Shown: one piece after another, positions 9,498-18,168 of the stretch
Layout: each line of letters begins with the position of its first letter
How positions within the stretch are numbered: the first letter of the stretch is position 1
Assembly (NCBI GenBank): GCA_963719225.1
Contig: CAVRAY010000002.1
Span: 672,001 to 736,000 of the forward strand
Direction: 5' to 3'
DNA: 64,000 nt
DNA from: Thermoanaerobaculia bacterium
GTDB lineage: Bacteria; Acidobacteriota; Thermoanaerobaculia; UBA5066
The notes under the pieces: model-generated
Database searches by the model: none
Told to the model about the DNA's origin: nothing
What the model saw: only the letters and a program-made list of their open reading frames with translations
Position numbers and translations under genes: made by a program

Positions 9498-10874
9498 TCA
9501 GTCCCGGGGCCGGCGCTCGAGGGTGATGCCGAGTCTCTCCATCCTCCTGTAAAGGGCCTGGCGGGACAGCCCGAGCTCTTCGGCGGCCTGCGAAACACGG
9601 CCGGAGTGCCTCACGATGACGGCCTCGAGCGTGGCGCGCTCCGTCGCGTCGCCCCGGCCCGCGAGAGGGGAACCGCCCGAAGGCTCGCCGAACCCGAGCG
9701 ACGCGGGCGTGAGGACATCGCCGCTCTCGACGAGGAGGGCGCGCCGGACGCGGTTCTCGAGCTCGCGGACGTTGCCGGGCCACGCGTGCGAAAGCAGCGC
9801 GCGCTGCGCCGCCGCGGACAGCGCGGGAGCGGGCCGCGGCGCGGCGAAGGTCGCGAGGATCGCGGAAGCGAGCGGCAGGATGTCGTCGGCGCGGTCTCTC
9901 AGCGCGGGCACCGCGAGCTCGACGACGTTCAGGCGGAAATAGAGGTCCTCGCGGAAACGGCCCTCGCGGATCGCGAGCGGCAGGTCCGCGTTCGTCGCGC
10001 AGACGACGCGCACGTCCACCCGGCGGGTCTCGTTGGAGCCGAGGCGCTCGAACGCGCCGCTCTGGAGGACGCGCAGGAGCTTGACCTGCCCTTCCGGCGG
10101 GAGCGTGCCGATCTCGTCGAGGAAGAGCGTTCCCCCGTGCGCCGCCTCGAAGCGTCCCGCGCGTGTCCGCGACGCCCCCGTGAAGGCACCGGCCTCGGCG
10201 CCGAACAGCTCGCTTTCGATGAGGTCGTGCGGAAGGGCGCCGGCGCTGATCTTCACATACGGCCCGGAGGCGCGGCGCGAGTTCGTCTGCACGATGTCCG
10301 CGAGGCGCTCCTTGCCGGCGCCGTTCGGGCCCGTGACGAGGACGGGCACGTCGGCAGGCGCGATCTTGACGGCGAGGCTCACGACGCGATGCATCGCCTC
10401 GCTCTCGTAGATGAGGCCGCGCAGGTCGTGGCGATCCGCGAGGGCGGCGCGGGAGGCGGCGCGCTCGGTCCGCGCGCGCGCCGTCTCTTCCTCGAGGGTT
10501 CTCAGGCGGACGAGGTTTCGGATCGACGCGACGAGCTTCGCGTCGTCCCAGGGCTTCCCGAAGTAGTCGGCGGCGCCCTCGCGGACGAGGGCGACCGCCG
10601 TCTCGAGGGACGCCCAGGCCGTCATGAGGAGGACCGGAAGGCCGGGGTCCGCGCTCCTGAGCGCCCGGAACAGCGCGGCCCCGTCCTCTCCCGAAGTGGC
10701 GCCGGAGCGGAAGTTCATGTCCTGGACGACGACCTTCACGGCCCCTTCGGCCAGTGCGGCCAGCGCCTGCTCGGGCGTCCGCGCGACGCGGCTCGGGATG
10801 TCGTGAAGCTCGAGGAGGATCTCGAGAGCCTCGGAGACGGCCGGGTCGTCGTCGACGATCAGGACCGTGGACAC
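9498..10874 (-). CDS. Sigma-54-dependent response regulator (NtrC family)
   Basis: VLIVDDD receiver, GPNGAGKE Walker A, ESELFG, GAFTGA, WPGNVRELEN, C-terminal HTH; start could also be 10913. Confidence 0.95.
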   Translation of the reverse strand: MSTVLIVDDDPAVSEALEILLELHDIPSRVARTPEQALAALAEGAVKVVVQDMNFRSGATSGEDGAALFRALRSADPGLPVLLMTAWASLETAVALVREGAADYFGKPWDDAKLVASIRNLVRLRTLEEETARARTERAASRAALADRHDLRGLIYESEAMHRVVSLAVKIAPADVPVLVTGPNGAGKERLADIVQTNSRRASGPYVKISAGALPHDLIESELFGAEAGAFTGASRTRAGRFEAAHGGTLFLDEIGTLPPEGQVKLLRVLQSGAFERLGSNETRRVDVRVVCATNADLPLAIREGRFREDLYFRLNVVELAVPALRDRADDILPLASAILATFAAPRPAPALSAAAQRALLSHAWPGNVRELENRVRRALLVESGDVLTPASLGFGEPSGGSPLAGRGDATERATLEAVIVRHSGRVSQAAEELGLSRQALYRRMERLGITLERRPRD

Positions 10875-10965
10875 GCGTCCCGTCCTGCGGAGAGGGTTGC
10901 GCCGGGCCGACATCTCCTGAGGAGACGCAGGCCGGCCGTGAAAGGTTCCGCTCCCGCGCGGGCTC

Positions 10966-12231
10966 TCACACGTTTCGCGTCGCGATCGCCGGGGCGACGC
11001 GAGCCCCCTTGAGGGCGGGGAACCACGTCGCGAGGAGGCCGGCCGCCCAGAGGAGGAGGACGCCGCCCGCGAGGTACGAGGCGTCCATCCGGTGGGCCTT
11101 GAGCTGGGACACGAGCGCGGCGTTCAGAAGGACGGCGAGAAAGACGCCCAGCGAGAGCCCGAGCGTCGTGACGATCCAGTTTTCGAGAAGGAAGTAGCGG
11201 AGGATGTCGGCCTTCTGGGCGCCGAGCGCGCGACGGGTTCCGATCTGCCGCGTCCGTTCCGCGACCGAGAAGGACGTGAGCCCGATGATTCCGAGGGACG
11301 TCACGAAGAGGAGGAGGACGATCACACCGGTCAGCACGGCGAGGACGAGCTTCTGGTTCGCCTGGAATCCGTCCTTGACCTCGAGGAGCGGTCTGACGCG
11401 GACGTTGCGGCCGGGGTTCGCGTCGAGGAGCGCCTTCTCGACCGACGAGGCGACGCTCGTGAGCGCTCCCGGCTCCGTCCTCACGAGGTACGCCGAGCCC
11501 CCGCCGTAGGTCGCCGAGGAGCTCGGATAGAACAGGACGTACTCGTGGATCGGCCAGCCGTACGGGTTATAGAACCGGTCGATGACCCCGACGACGTGGT
11601 ACTGATCGCCGTCGCTGTCCTCGAGCCGCTGGTCGAGAGGGGAGCCGTCCCCGAACGCGAGGCGCGCGAACGCCCGGCTGATGACGACGTCCTGCGAGAT
11701 CTTGTTCTTCGGGGTCCCGTCCTCTCCGCGCTCCCGTGGAGTCGCGAAGAGCGCGGCGAGCCTCGCGTCCTCGGACTCGACCTCGGCGCGCGTGAAGCCG
11801 CGCCCCTCGACGACGGGGTCCCCGAGCGTCGAGAAGGTCCCCTCGTCCGCGTTGTAGACCTGGTTCCTCAGCCACGGTCCCTTGCTCCCCGCCGGCCGCG
11901 TCTCCATCGAGCTTCCGCCGCCCTGCCACGGCAGGAACCGCGTATTCGAGACCGCCTTGACTCCCGGGAGCCTCCCGAGGACGTCGAGGTCCGCGCGGAC
12001 GGAGTTCGCGAGGTAGCCCCGCTCCTGGAACGCGGGCGCGAACGGCTGGCTGCGGACCGTCAGGATGTTCGCGTCGTCGAAGCCCGACTCCTTCCCGAGC
12101 TCCTTCTGCGCGTCGCGGATGAGGCTCACGCAGTTCGTCACGACGGCGAGCGTGAGCGCGATCTCGAGGACGATGAGGCCGTAGCGCACCTTGCTGCGCG
12201 TCATCGCGCGGAGGATCGGGCCGAATTCCAT
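10966..12231 (-). CDS. MacB/FtsX-family ABC transporter permease
   Basis: N-terminal TM, large periplasmic domain, RTRQIGTRRALGA, C-terminal TMs. Confidence 0.92.
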   Translation of the reverse strand: MEFGPILRAMTRSKVRYGLIVLEIALTLAVVTNCVSLIRDAQKELGKESGFDDANILTVRSQPFAPAFQERGYLANSVRADLDVLGRLPGVKAVSNTRFLPWQGGGSSMETRPAGSKGPWLRNQVYNADEGTFSTLGDPVVEGRGFTRAEVESEDARLAALFATPRERGEDGTPKNKISQDVVISRAFARLAFGDGSPLDQRLEDSDGDQYHVVGVIDRFYNPYGWPIHEYVLFYPSSSATYGGGSAYLVRTEPGALTSVASSVEKALLDANPGRNVRVRPLLEVKDGFQANQKLVLAVLTGVIVLLLFVTSLGIIGLTSFSVAERTRQIGTRRALGAQKADILRYFLLENWIVTTLGLSLGVFLAVLLNAALVSQLKAHRMDASYLAGGVLLLWAAGLLATWFPALKGARVAPAIATRNV

Positions 12232-12241
12232 GGGCGCCTCC

Positions 12242-13570
12242 TCAGGAAACCTTCAGGTGGAGAGCGGGCGGAAGCTGGCAGGTCCGCCACGCGGGATACG
12301 CGCCCGCGACGAATCCGGCGGCGAGCGCGAGGAGGATCGAGAGGCCGACCATCGGCGCGTCGAGGTGGAAGAAGCCGGGGCGGCCTCCCTGCGCCTTCAT
12401 GACCGCGTTCAGGAACGAGAGGCCGGCGACGGAGAGCGCGAGGCCGAGGATCCCTCCGACGAGACCGATGACCTCGCACTCGACGATGTGCTGGACGAAG
12501 ATGTCGAGGCGGCTCGCGCCGAGCGCGCGCCTCACCCCGATCTCGGGCGCGCGCGCGAGGAACTTTCCGAGGAGCAGCCCGACGAGATTGAGCGAGCAGA
12601 TCGCGAGGAAGAGAAGGGAGACGACGAGAAGGGTGTTCGCCTCCTTCGGGACGACCCTGAAGTCGTCCATGAGCTCGCCGACCGTCGAGAGCCGGTTGTT
12701 GAGCGGCCGCAGGAACCGGCCGTGCCGGCGCTGGTCGAGCGCGTACGCGTCGAGGAAGGAACGGTACGCCGCGACGGCGGCCGCGTCCGGCAGCTCGACC
12801 CACATCTGGATCCAGGTCTGCTCCGAGTTCAGGACCCTGTCGATGCCGGTGCCCGTGGGAGAGGGCCCCCAGCCGTCGGAGTTCCCGAACGTCCGGAGGT
12901 TCATGGGCCGCATCATCGAGAACGGGATGTAGAGGTTCTCCGGCGCCTGGGCCTGGCCGGTCGTCAGGTCGTAGAACTTGACGCTCGGCGTCCAGGCGTC
13001 GAGGACGCCGACGACGCGAAAGTCCCGGTCCTCGAGACGCACGGTCTTCCCGACGCTGTTTTCGCCGCCGAAGAGGCGGTCGTTCATCTCCTTGGAGAGC
13101 ACGGTCACGGGCTCGCCCGCGCCGTCGGCCTTCGCGTCCCAGCCCGCGCCGAACCGGAAGGGCGCCGCGAACATCGGGAAGAAGTCCGCGTAGCAGACGC
13201 GGATCGACTCCTTGAACGGGCGGCCGACCTTCGGGTCGGGGAAGACGTAGAGCATCGTGCGGAAGTCGGCCGTCTGCCGGACCGGGATCTTCGACTTCAT
13301 GAGCTCGACCATGTCGCGGTACGTGATCTGGCTGGGCAGGGTGTTCTTGCCGTCGCCCGGATACGCCTTCTGGGGGTCCCAGCTGTCCACGCGGACGTAG
13401 TACAGGACCTTGCTCTTCGCGGGCACGGGATCCTGCGCGAACGCGTGGCGCGCCGCCGCGAACGTCGTCGAGAGAGCGATCCCGAGCGCGATGCCGAGGA
13501 CGATGAGGGCCGAGAGGACCCGGTTCCTCTGCATGCTCTTCCAGGCGATGCGAAGGTTGTGAAGCAGCAT
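12242..13570 (-). CDS. MacB/FtsX-family ABC transporter permease
   Basis: RAPEIGVRRALGASR motif; same topology as the neighbouring permease. Confidence 0.92.
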   Translation of the reverse strand: MLLHNLRIAWKSMQRNRVLSALIVLGIALGIALSTTFAAARHAFAQDPVPAKSKVLYYVRVDSWDPQKAYPGDGKNTLPSQITYRDMVELMKSKIPVRQTADFRTMLYVFPDPKVGRPFKESIRVCYADFFPMFAAPFRFGAGWDAKADGAGEPVTVLSKEMNDRLFGGENSVGKTVRLEDRDFRVVGVLDAWTPSVKFYDLTTGQAQAPENLYIPFSMMRPMNLRTFGNSDGWGPSPTGTGIDRVLNSEQTWIQMWVELPDAAAVAAYRSFLDAYALDQRRHGRFLRPLNNRLSTVGELMDDFRVVPKEANTLLVVSLLFLAICSLNLVGLLLGKFLARAPEIGVRRALGASRLDIFVQHIVECEVIGLVGGILGLALSVAGLSFLNAVMKAQGGRPGFFHLDAPMVGLSILLALAAGFVAGAYPAWRTCQLPPALHLKVS

Positions 13571-13580
13571 GGCGGCTCCT

Positions 13581-14312
13581 TCAGGCGAGCGCGGCCGCGA
13601 GGTTCGCCGAGATCGGCGGAACGCGGACGTCGCCCTCGGCCGGCGACTCGAGGTCGATGACCTTGCCGTCGAGGAGGTGGATCTCGCGCGAGGCGCGCGC
13701 GGCGCACTCCGGCGCGTGCGTGACCATCACGATCGTCGTGCCCCGCTCGTTGATCTTCTCGAGGAGGTCCATGACCTCGCGCGACATGAGCGTGTCGAGG
13801 TTCCCCGTGGGCTCGTCCGCGAGGATGAGCCGTGGGTCGCCCGCGAGAACGCGCGCGATCGCGACGCGCTGCTGCTGCCCGCCCGAGAGCTGGGACGGCA
13901 GGTGGTGGAGGCGCGACGAGAGCCCGACGAGCTCGACGGCCCGTCCGATGCGCTCCTTGCGCTCGGGCGCGGGGAGACGGCGGTACCTGAGCGGGACGTC
14001 GACGTTGTCGAAGACGTCGAGATCCGGAATCAGGTTGAAGCTCTGGAAGACGAACCCGATCTTCTGGTTCCGGATGCGCGACATCTCCCGGTCCGTCAGG
14101 CGGCTCACGTCCTCCCCGTCCAGGGAGTACGTGCCGCCGTCGAACGTGTCGAGGAGACCCGCGATGTTGAGGAACGTCGTCTTGCCGGAGCCGGAGCGGC
14201 CCATGAGCGCGACGAACTCGCCCGCCTTCACGTCGAGCGAGAAGTCGAGCAGGGCGTGCGTCTCGACGAGGTCGGTCCGGTAGATCTTCTGGATTCCACG
14301 CATCGACAGCAT
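13581..14312 (-). CDS. ABC transporter ATP-binding protein (LolD/MacB-like)
   Basis: [37 protein letters not shown]. Confidence 0.96.
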   Translation of the reverse strand: MLSMRGIQKIYRTDLVETHALLDFSLDVKAGEFVALMGRSGSGKTTFLNIAGLLDTFDGGTYSLDGEDVSRLTDREMSRIRNQKIGFVFQSFNLIPDLDVFDNVDVPLRYRRLPAPERKERIGRAVELVGLSSRLHHLPSQLSGGQQQRVAIARVLAGDPRLILADEPTGNLDTLMSREVMDLLEKINERGTTIVMVTHAPECAARASREIHLLDGKVIDLESPAEGDVRVPPISANLAAALA

Positions 14313-14323
14313 GAGGGTCTCCT

Positions 14324-15598
14324 TCAGCGCACGAGAACCGTGCGGGCGGTTGCGAAGTCGGTCGTGTCGGACAGGATCACGCGCTCGCCGGCCGAGAGGC
14401 CGCGGACGACCTCGACCTCCGAGACGCTGACGGCGCCCGTTTCGATGGGACGGCGCGTCGCGACGCCCGAGGAGTCGACGACCCAGGCGGACCGGCCGGC
14501 GCCGCTCTCGAGGAAAGGCCCGCGCGGAAGCTTCAGGACCCCTTTCTTCGTCTCGAAGAGGAGACGCACGGCGACGCGCTGGCTCTGCCTCAGCCCGGAG
14601 GGCGCCTCCCCCGCGAAGACGACCGTGCCCTTGACCTGGCTATCCCTCACCTCGGGAGAGATGGCGGCGATGCGGCCGTCGTAGTCCTTGCCCTCGTACG
14701 AAATGAGGGCAGGCGTGCCGGGGACGAGGTCTGCCGCGTAGTTCTCGGGCACGGAGATCTCGACCTCGTACGTCCCGAGGTTCACGACCGTGAGGACCGG
14801 CGCGTTCGCGGGGACCGAGTCGCGGTCCTGGACGGCGACGGAGGCGACCACGCCCGCAAACGGGGCCGTGATGGAGAGCTCGGCGACCTGGCGCGCGAGC
14901 TCGCCGGCGACCGCGGCCTGCCGGCGCTCGAGCGCCTCCTTGTCGCGGATGTCGAACTCGGCCGTCTCCTTGTCGAGGACGGCGGAGCCCTTCGCGTTCC
15001 TCAGCTCGTACTGCGCGATCTTGAGGTCGTCCTTCGCCTTCTCGTAGTCGGTCTTGTTGAGGAGTCCCTCCTGAAACGTGCGCTCCGCACGCTCCATGAG
15101 CCTCTCGGCCGCGCTCAGCCTGACCGCGAGGACGTCGATGTCCTGCGCGTTCTTGGCGGCCGACTGGCGGGCGAGGATCTTCTGCCGACCGAGCGCCGAC
15201 TGCATCGAGAGGAGCGTCGAGCGCTCCTGCGTCAGCCGGCTCATGAGCTCGGGGCTCTCGATGCGGGCGAGGAGCAGACCCTTCGTCACCGTCTCGCCGG
15301 CCTTCACCTTGAGCGCGACGATGCCGGCCGCGGGCGCGAAGAGGGTCGGGTGGAGCGCCGCGACGATGCGGCCCTGCGCGGACGCGTCCCGCACGAGGTC
15401 GCCGCGCTCGACCGTGCCGAGACGGATCGACGCGAGGGCGACCGTCCGGTCCGCCTTCGACCAGCGGCGCAGCGCGGGGGCGACGGCGACCCCGAGGACG
15501 AGCACGGCCCCTCCGGCGACGAGCCCGATGCGCAGCGGCCGCGAGAGCCCGGCGGGCTTCTCGACGGCGCGATCCATCGGCGAGACGCTCTCGATCAT
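14324..15598 (-). CDS. Efflux periplasmic adaptor (membrane fusion protein, MacA-like)
   Basis: N-terminal TM, lipoyl-like halves (VKAGETVTKG / ITAPFAGVV), coiled-coil hairpin, GLSAGERVI. Confidence 0.92.
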   Translation of the reverse strand: MIESVSPMDRAVEKPAGLSRPLRIGLVAGGAVLVLGVAVAPALRRWSKADRTVALASIRLGTVERGDLVRDASAQGRIVAALHPTLFAPAAGIVALKVKAGETVTKGLLLARIESPELMSRLTQERSTLLSMQSALGRQKILARQSAAKNAQDIDVLAVRLSAAERLMERAERTFQEGLLNKTDYEKAKDDLKIAQYELRNAKGSAVLDKETAEFDIRDKEALERRQAAVAGELARQVAELSITAPFAGVVASVAVQDRDSVPANAPVLTVVNLGTYEVEISVPENYAADLVPGTPALISYEGKDYDGRIAAISPEVRDSQVKGTVVFAGEAPSGLRQSQRVAVRLLFETKKGVLKLPRGPFLESGAGRSAWVVDSSGVATRRPIETGAVSVSEVEVVRGLSAGERVILSDTTDFATARTVLVR

Positions 15599-15610
15599 CG
15601 CGGGCGGAAG

Positions 15611-15626
15611 AGCAACCGCGCTGCCA
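15611..15626 (-). promoter_or_regulatory. Sigma-54 -24/-12 promoter of the ABC exporter operon
   Basis: Minus strand TGGCAGCGCGGTTGCT matches TGGCAC-N5-TTGCW with exact spacing, 12 nt before the ATG. Confidence 0.85.
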
Positions 15627-15644
15627 GCGACCGACGGCCCGTGG

Positions 15645-15657
15645 AATCAAGGAGTTG
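15645..15657 (+). promoter_or_regulatory. IHF-binding site
   Basis: AATCAAGGAGTTG is an exact WATCAANNNNTTR match between the sigma-54 site and an upstream palindrome. Confidence 0.7.
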
Positions 15658-15681
15658 GTCGCGCGCGGCGGGCGCGAGCGC

Positions 15682-15714
15682 GACAGGTGTCCGGTGCACG
15701 GCCGGACACCTGTC
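15682..15714. promoter_or_regulatory. Palindrome: candidate activator UAS and/or fabH terminator
   Basis: GACAGGTGTCCGG-N7-CCGGACACCTGTC, a perfect 13-bp inverted repeat with no U-tract. Confidence 0.6.
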
Positions 15715-15726
15715 CGGGTCCGGTCT

Positions 15727-16824
15727 CTACGCGACCGCGAGCCCGGCGCCCCAGTGGAGGCCGGCGCCGAGAGCCGCGAAGGCGACGAGGGAGCCGTCCT
15801 TCGCCTTCCCTCCCTGGCGCGCCTCGTGCCACGCGATCGGCAGCGTCGCCGCCGTCGTGTTGCCGTACTTCTGGATGTTGTTGAACACCCTGTCGTCCGG
15901 CAAGCCGAGCACCTTCTGCGCGGCCTCGTTGATCCTGAGGTTCGCCTGGTGCATGAGGAGAAGGTCGAGGTCGGCGAGCGTCCTGCCGTTCGCGGCGAGG
16001 ATGTCCTGGACGGCGGCCGGCATGAGCGTCGTCGCGAGGCGGAAGACCTGCCGCCCCTCGACGATCGGGATCGTGCCGAGGTTCTCGAACATCTCGGGCG
16101 TGAAGAACGGACGGGACTTGCAGCCGCCGCCGGGCACGTAGAGCTTGTCCCAGTGGTCGCCGTCCGTGTACATCGCGAAACCCAGAAAGCCACGGCCATC
16201 CTGGGAAGCGTTCGCCTCGAGGACCATCGCGCCCGCGCCGTCACCGAACAGGACCGCGCGGTCGCGCATGCCCGACGCGCGCTCGTACCAGAAGGGATCG
16301 CACGGGCCGGCGGATTTTCCGAGCATGACGTCCCATACGGATTCCGGCCACGGCATGAGCCCGCTGTGGACCTCGGCGCCCACGAGGAGGATGCGGTCGT
16401 ACATCCCGGAACGGATGAACGCGTCCGCCGTCTGCAGGCCCGAGAGAAACCCCGCGCACTGCATGCGGATGTCGAGGGCGTGCGTCGTCTTCAGGCCGAG
16501 GCGCGTCGCGAGGAGGCCGCCGTTCCCGGGGAAGTAGTGGTCGGGCGTCATCGTCGCGAAGATGATGAGGTCGACGTCGGCCGCGGTCAGGGAAGCATCG
16601 GCGAGCGCGGCGGCTGCGGCGGCGGCGCCGATCTCGGCGGACCCGACGCCGGGCGCGACGAACCGGCGCTCCTTGATGCCGGTCCTCGGCACGATCCACT
16701 CGTCCGTCGTGTTCATGATCCGGCCCATCATCTCGTTCGTCACGACCTGGGGAGGCAGGTACATGCCCGAGCCCCGGATCACGGTCGTGCGCTCTTTTTT
16801 CGGCGGGGCCGTCAGATTTTTCAC
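15727..16824 (-). CDS. fabH: 3-oxoacyl-ACP synthase III (FabH family)
   Basis: RTGIKERR, MQCAGF (catalytic Cys), LFGDGAGA, HQANLRI, YGNTTAATLP. Confidence 0.9.
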   Translation of the reverse strand: MKNLTAPPKKERTTVIRGSGMYLPPQVVTNEMMGRIMNTTDEWIVPRTGIKERRFVAPGVGSAEIGAAAAAAALADASLTAADVDLIIFATMTPDHYFPGNGGLLATRLGLKTTHALDIRMQCAGFLSGLQTADAFIRSGMYDRILLVGAEVHSGLMPWPESVWDVMLGKSAGPCDPFWYERASGMRDRAVLFGDGAGAMVLEANASQDGRGFLGFAMYTDGDHWDKLYVPGGGCKSRPFFTPEMFENLGTIPIVEGRQVFRLATTLMPAAVQDILAANGRTLADLDLLLMHQANLRINEAAQKVLGLPDDRVFNNIQKYGNTTAATLPIAWHEARQGGKAKDGSLVAFAALGAGLHWGAGLAVA

Positions 16825-16895
16825 GCGGCGGAGTCTACCGGAAGGGTGGCGTTAACGCCGGGGAAGCGGCGCCCTGAAAAAGCCGACGAGGCCGC

Positions 16896-17186
16896 TCACG
16901 GCTTCGTTTTCAGGACGGCGACCGTCGCGCCCCAGCCCCCCCGCTCGGGCGTCGCGTCCGCGAAGGACACGACGTGAGGCGAACGCTCGAGGACCCGGCG
17001 GACGATCGCCCGCTGGACCCCGATGCCGCGTCCGTGAACGACCCGGACCTCGCGAAAGCCCTTCTCCGCCGCGGCCGCGAGGTACTCCGCGACGACGGCC
17101 GCCGTTTCGTCCGGCCGGAACGGATGCAGATCGAGCGCGTCCTCGACGGGGAGCGCCAGCGCCGATTCGGGGTCCGCGCCGTCCAT
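16896..17186 (-). CDS. Stand-alone Smr/MutS2 C-terminal domain protein
   Basis: LDLHPF, VRVVHGRGIGV, GGWGATVAVL. Confidence 0.9.
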   Translation of the reverse strand: MDGADPESALALPVEDALDLHPFRPDETAAVVAEYLAAAAEKGFREVRVVHGRGIGVQRAIVRRVLERSPHVVSFADATPERGGWGATVAVLKTKP

Positions 17187-17225
17187 CGTCCTAGAATAGC
17201 GTCCTCGACTTCATGAGGTGACACG

Positions 17226-18143
17226 ATGAAGAGACTCGTCTCCGCGTTCGCTCTGCTCGGGCTCCTTTCGTCTCCGGCCCTCGCGCAGAGCAACAAGCCC
17301 CGGGTGGCCGTCCTCGAGTTCAAGAACAAGGCGTCGCATTACTCGTGGAGCTGGTACGACGCCGGGCGCGGCGCCCAGGACATGCTCGTGACCGAGCTCG
17401 TCAAGACCGGAAAGTACCGGGTGATCGAGCGCGAGCAGCTCGCCGCGATCATGCAGGAGAAAAACCTCTCGCTCTCGGGGGACATCGACCCGCGCACGGC
17501 CGTCAAGATCGGCAAGATGCTCGGCGTCGAGTACCTCATCGCCGGCGCGGTGACCGAGCTCGGCGTCACGGATCGAGGAGCGAGCGTGCCCGGGGGACTC
17601 GGGCGTTTCGGCCTGCCCTCCGTGAGCGTGCGCTCGCAGAAGGCGGAGGCCGCGCTCGACGCGCGCGCGTTCTCCACGTCCACGGGCGAGATCGTGTGGG
17701 CGGACACCGCGCGGGACGAGACCTCGGACGCGAGCGTCTACGTCGCAGGCGCGGGCGGCGGCGCCTCCGACCACGGCAAGGTCGACAAGATCATGCGGCC
17801 CGTCGTCCAGAAGCTCGCCGCGTCGTTCGCGAAGGCGGACGTCAAGACGTCCGGCATGGGCGGCAGGAGCGACGCGTCGGGCATCGTCGGGAAGATCGCG
17901 AAGGCGGACGGCGGCATGCTCTACGTGAACGTCGGCTCGGAGGGCGGCGTCAAGGAAGGCGACGAGTTCACGGTCTACCGCGTCGGCGAGCAGATCAAGG
18001 ACCCGGATACGGGCGAGGTGCTCGGGGCGAACGAGACCCGGGTCGGCCGCGTCAAGATCACGTCCGTGAAGGGCCCGCGCCTCTCGACGGCCGCAGCGAT
18101 CTCGGGTAGCGGCTTCCGGGCGGGCGACACGCTGAAGAACTGA
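17226..18143 (+). CDS. CsgG/HfaB-family exported protein with FlgT-like C-terminal beta domain
   Basis: Signal peptide ALA-Q, RVAVLEFKN, LVKTGKYRVIEREQL, AVKIGKMLGVEYLIAGAVTE, IKDPDTGEVLG. Confidence 0.8.
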   Translation: MKRLVSAFALLGLLSSPALAQSNKPRVAVLEFKNKASHYSWSWYDAGRGAQDMLVTELVKTGKYRVIEREQLAAIMQEKNLSLSGDIDPRTAVKIGKMLGVEYLIAGAVTELGVTDRGASVPGGLGRFGLPSVSVRSQKAEAALDARAFSTSTGEIVWADTARDETSDASVYVAGAGGGASDHGKVDKIMRPVVQKLAASFAKADVKTSGMGGRSDASGIVGKIAKADGGMLYVNVGSEGGVKEGDEFTVYRVGEQIKDPDTGEVLGANETRVGRVKITSVKGPRLSTAAAISGSGFRAGDTLKN

Positions 18144-18168
18144 GGAGAAGAGAACCAGATTCCCGGTC

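Noticed and set aside
4677-11012. 2111-aa plus-strand ORF
   Set aside because: Composite of the MATE remnant, an off-frame stretch, the real membrane protein and the antisense of the kinase/regulator genes; stop codons are scarce at this GC content.
17226-18143. Curli secretion system
   Set aside because: Only a lone CsgG-like domain without a lipobox; no csgA/B/E/F nearby.
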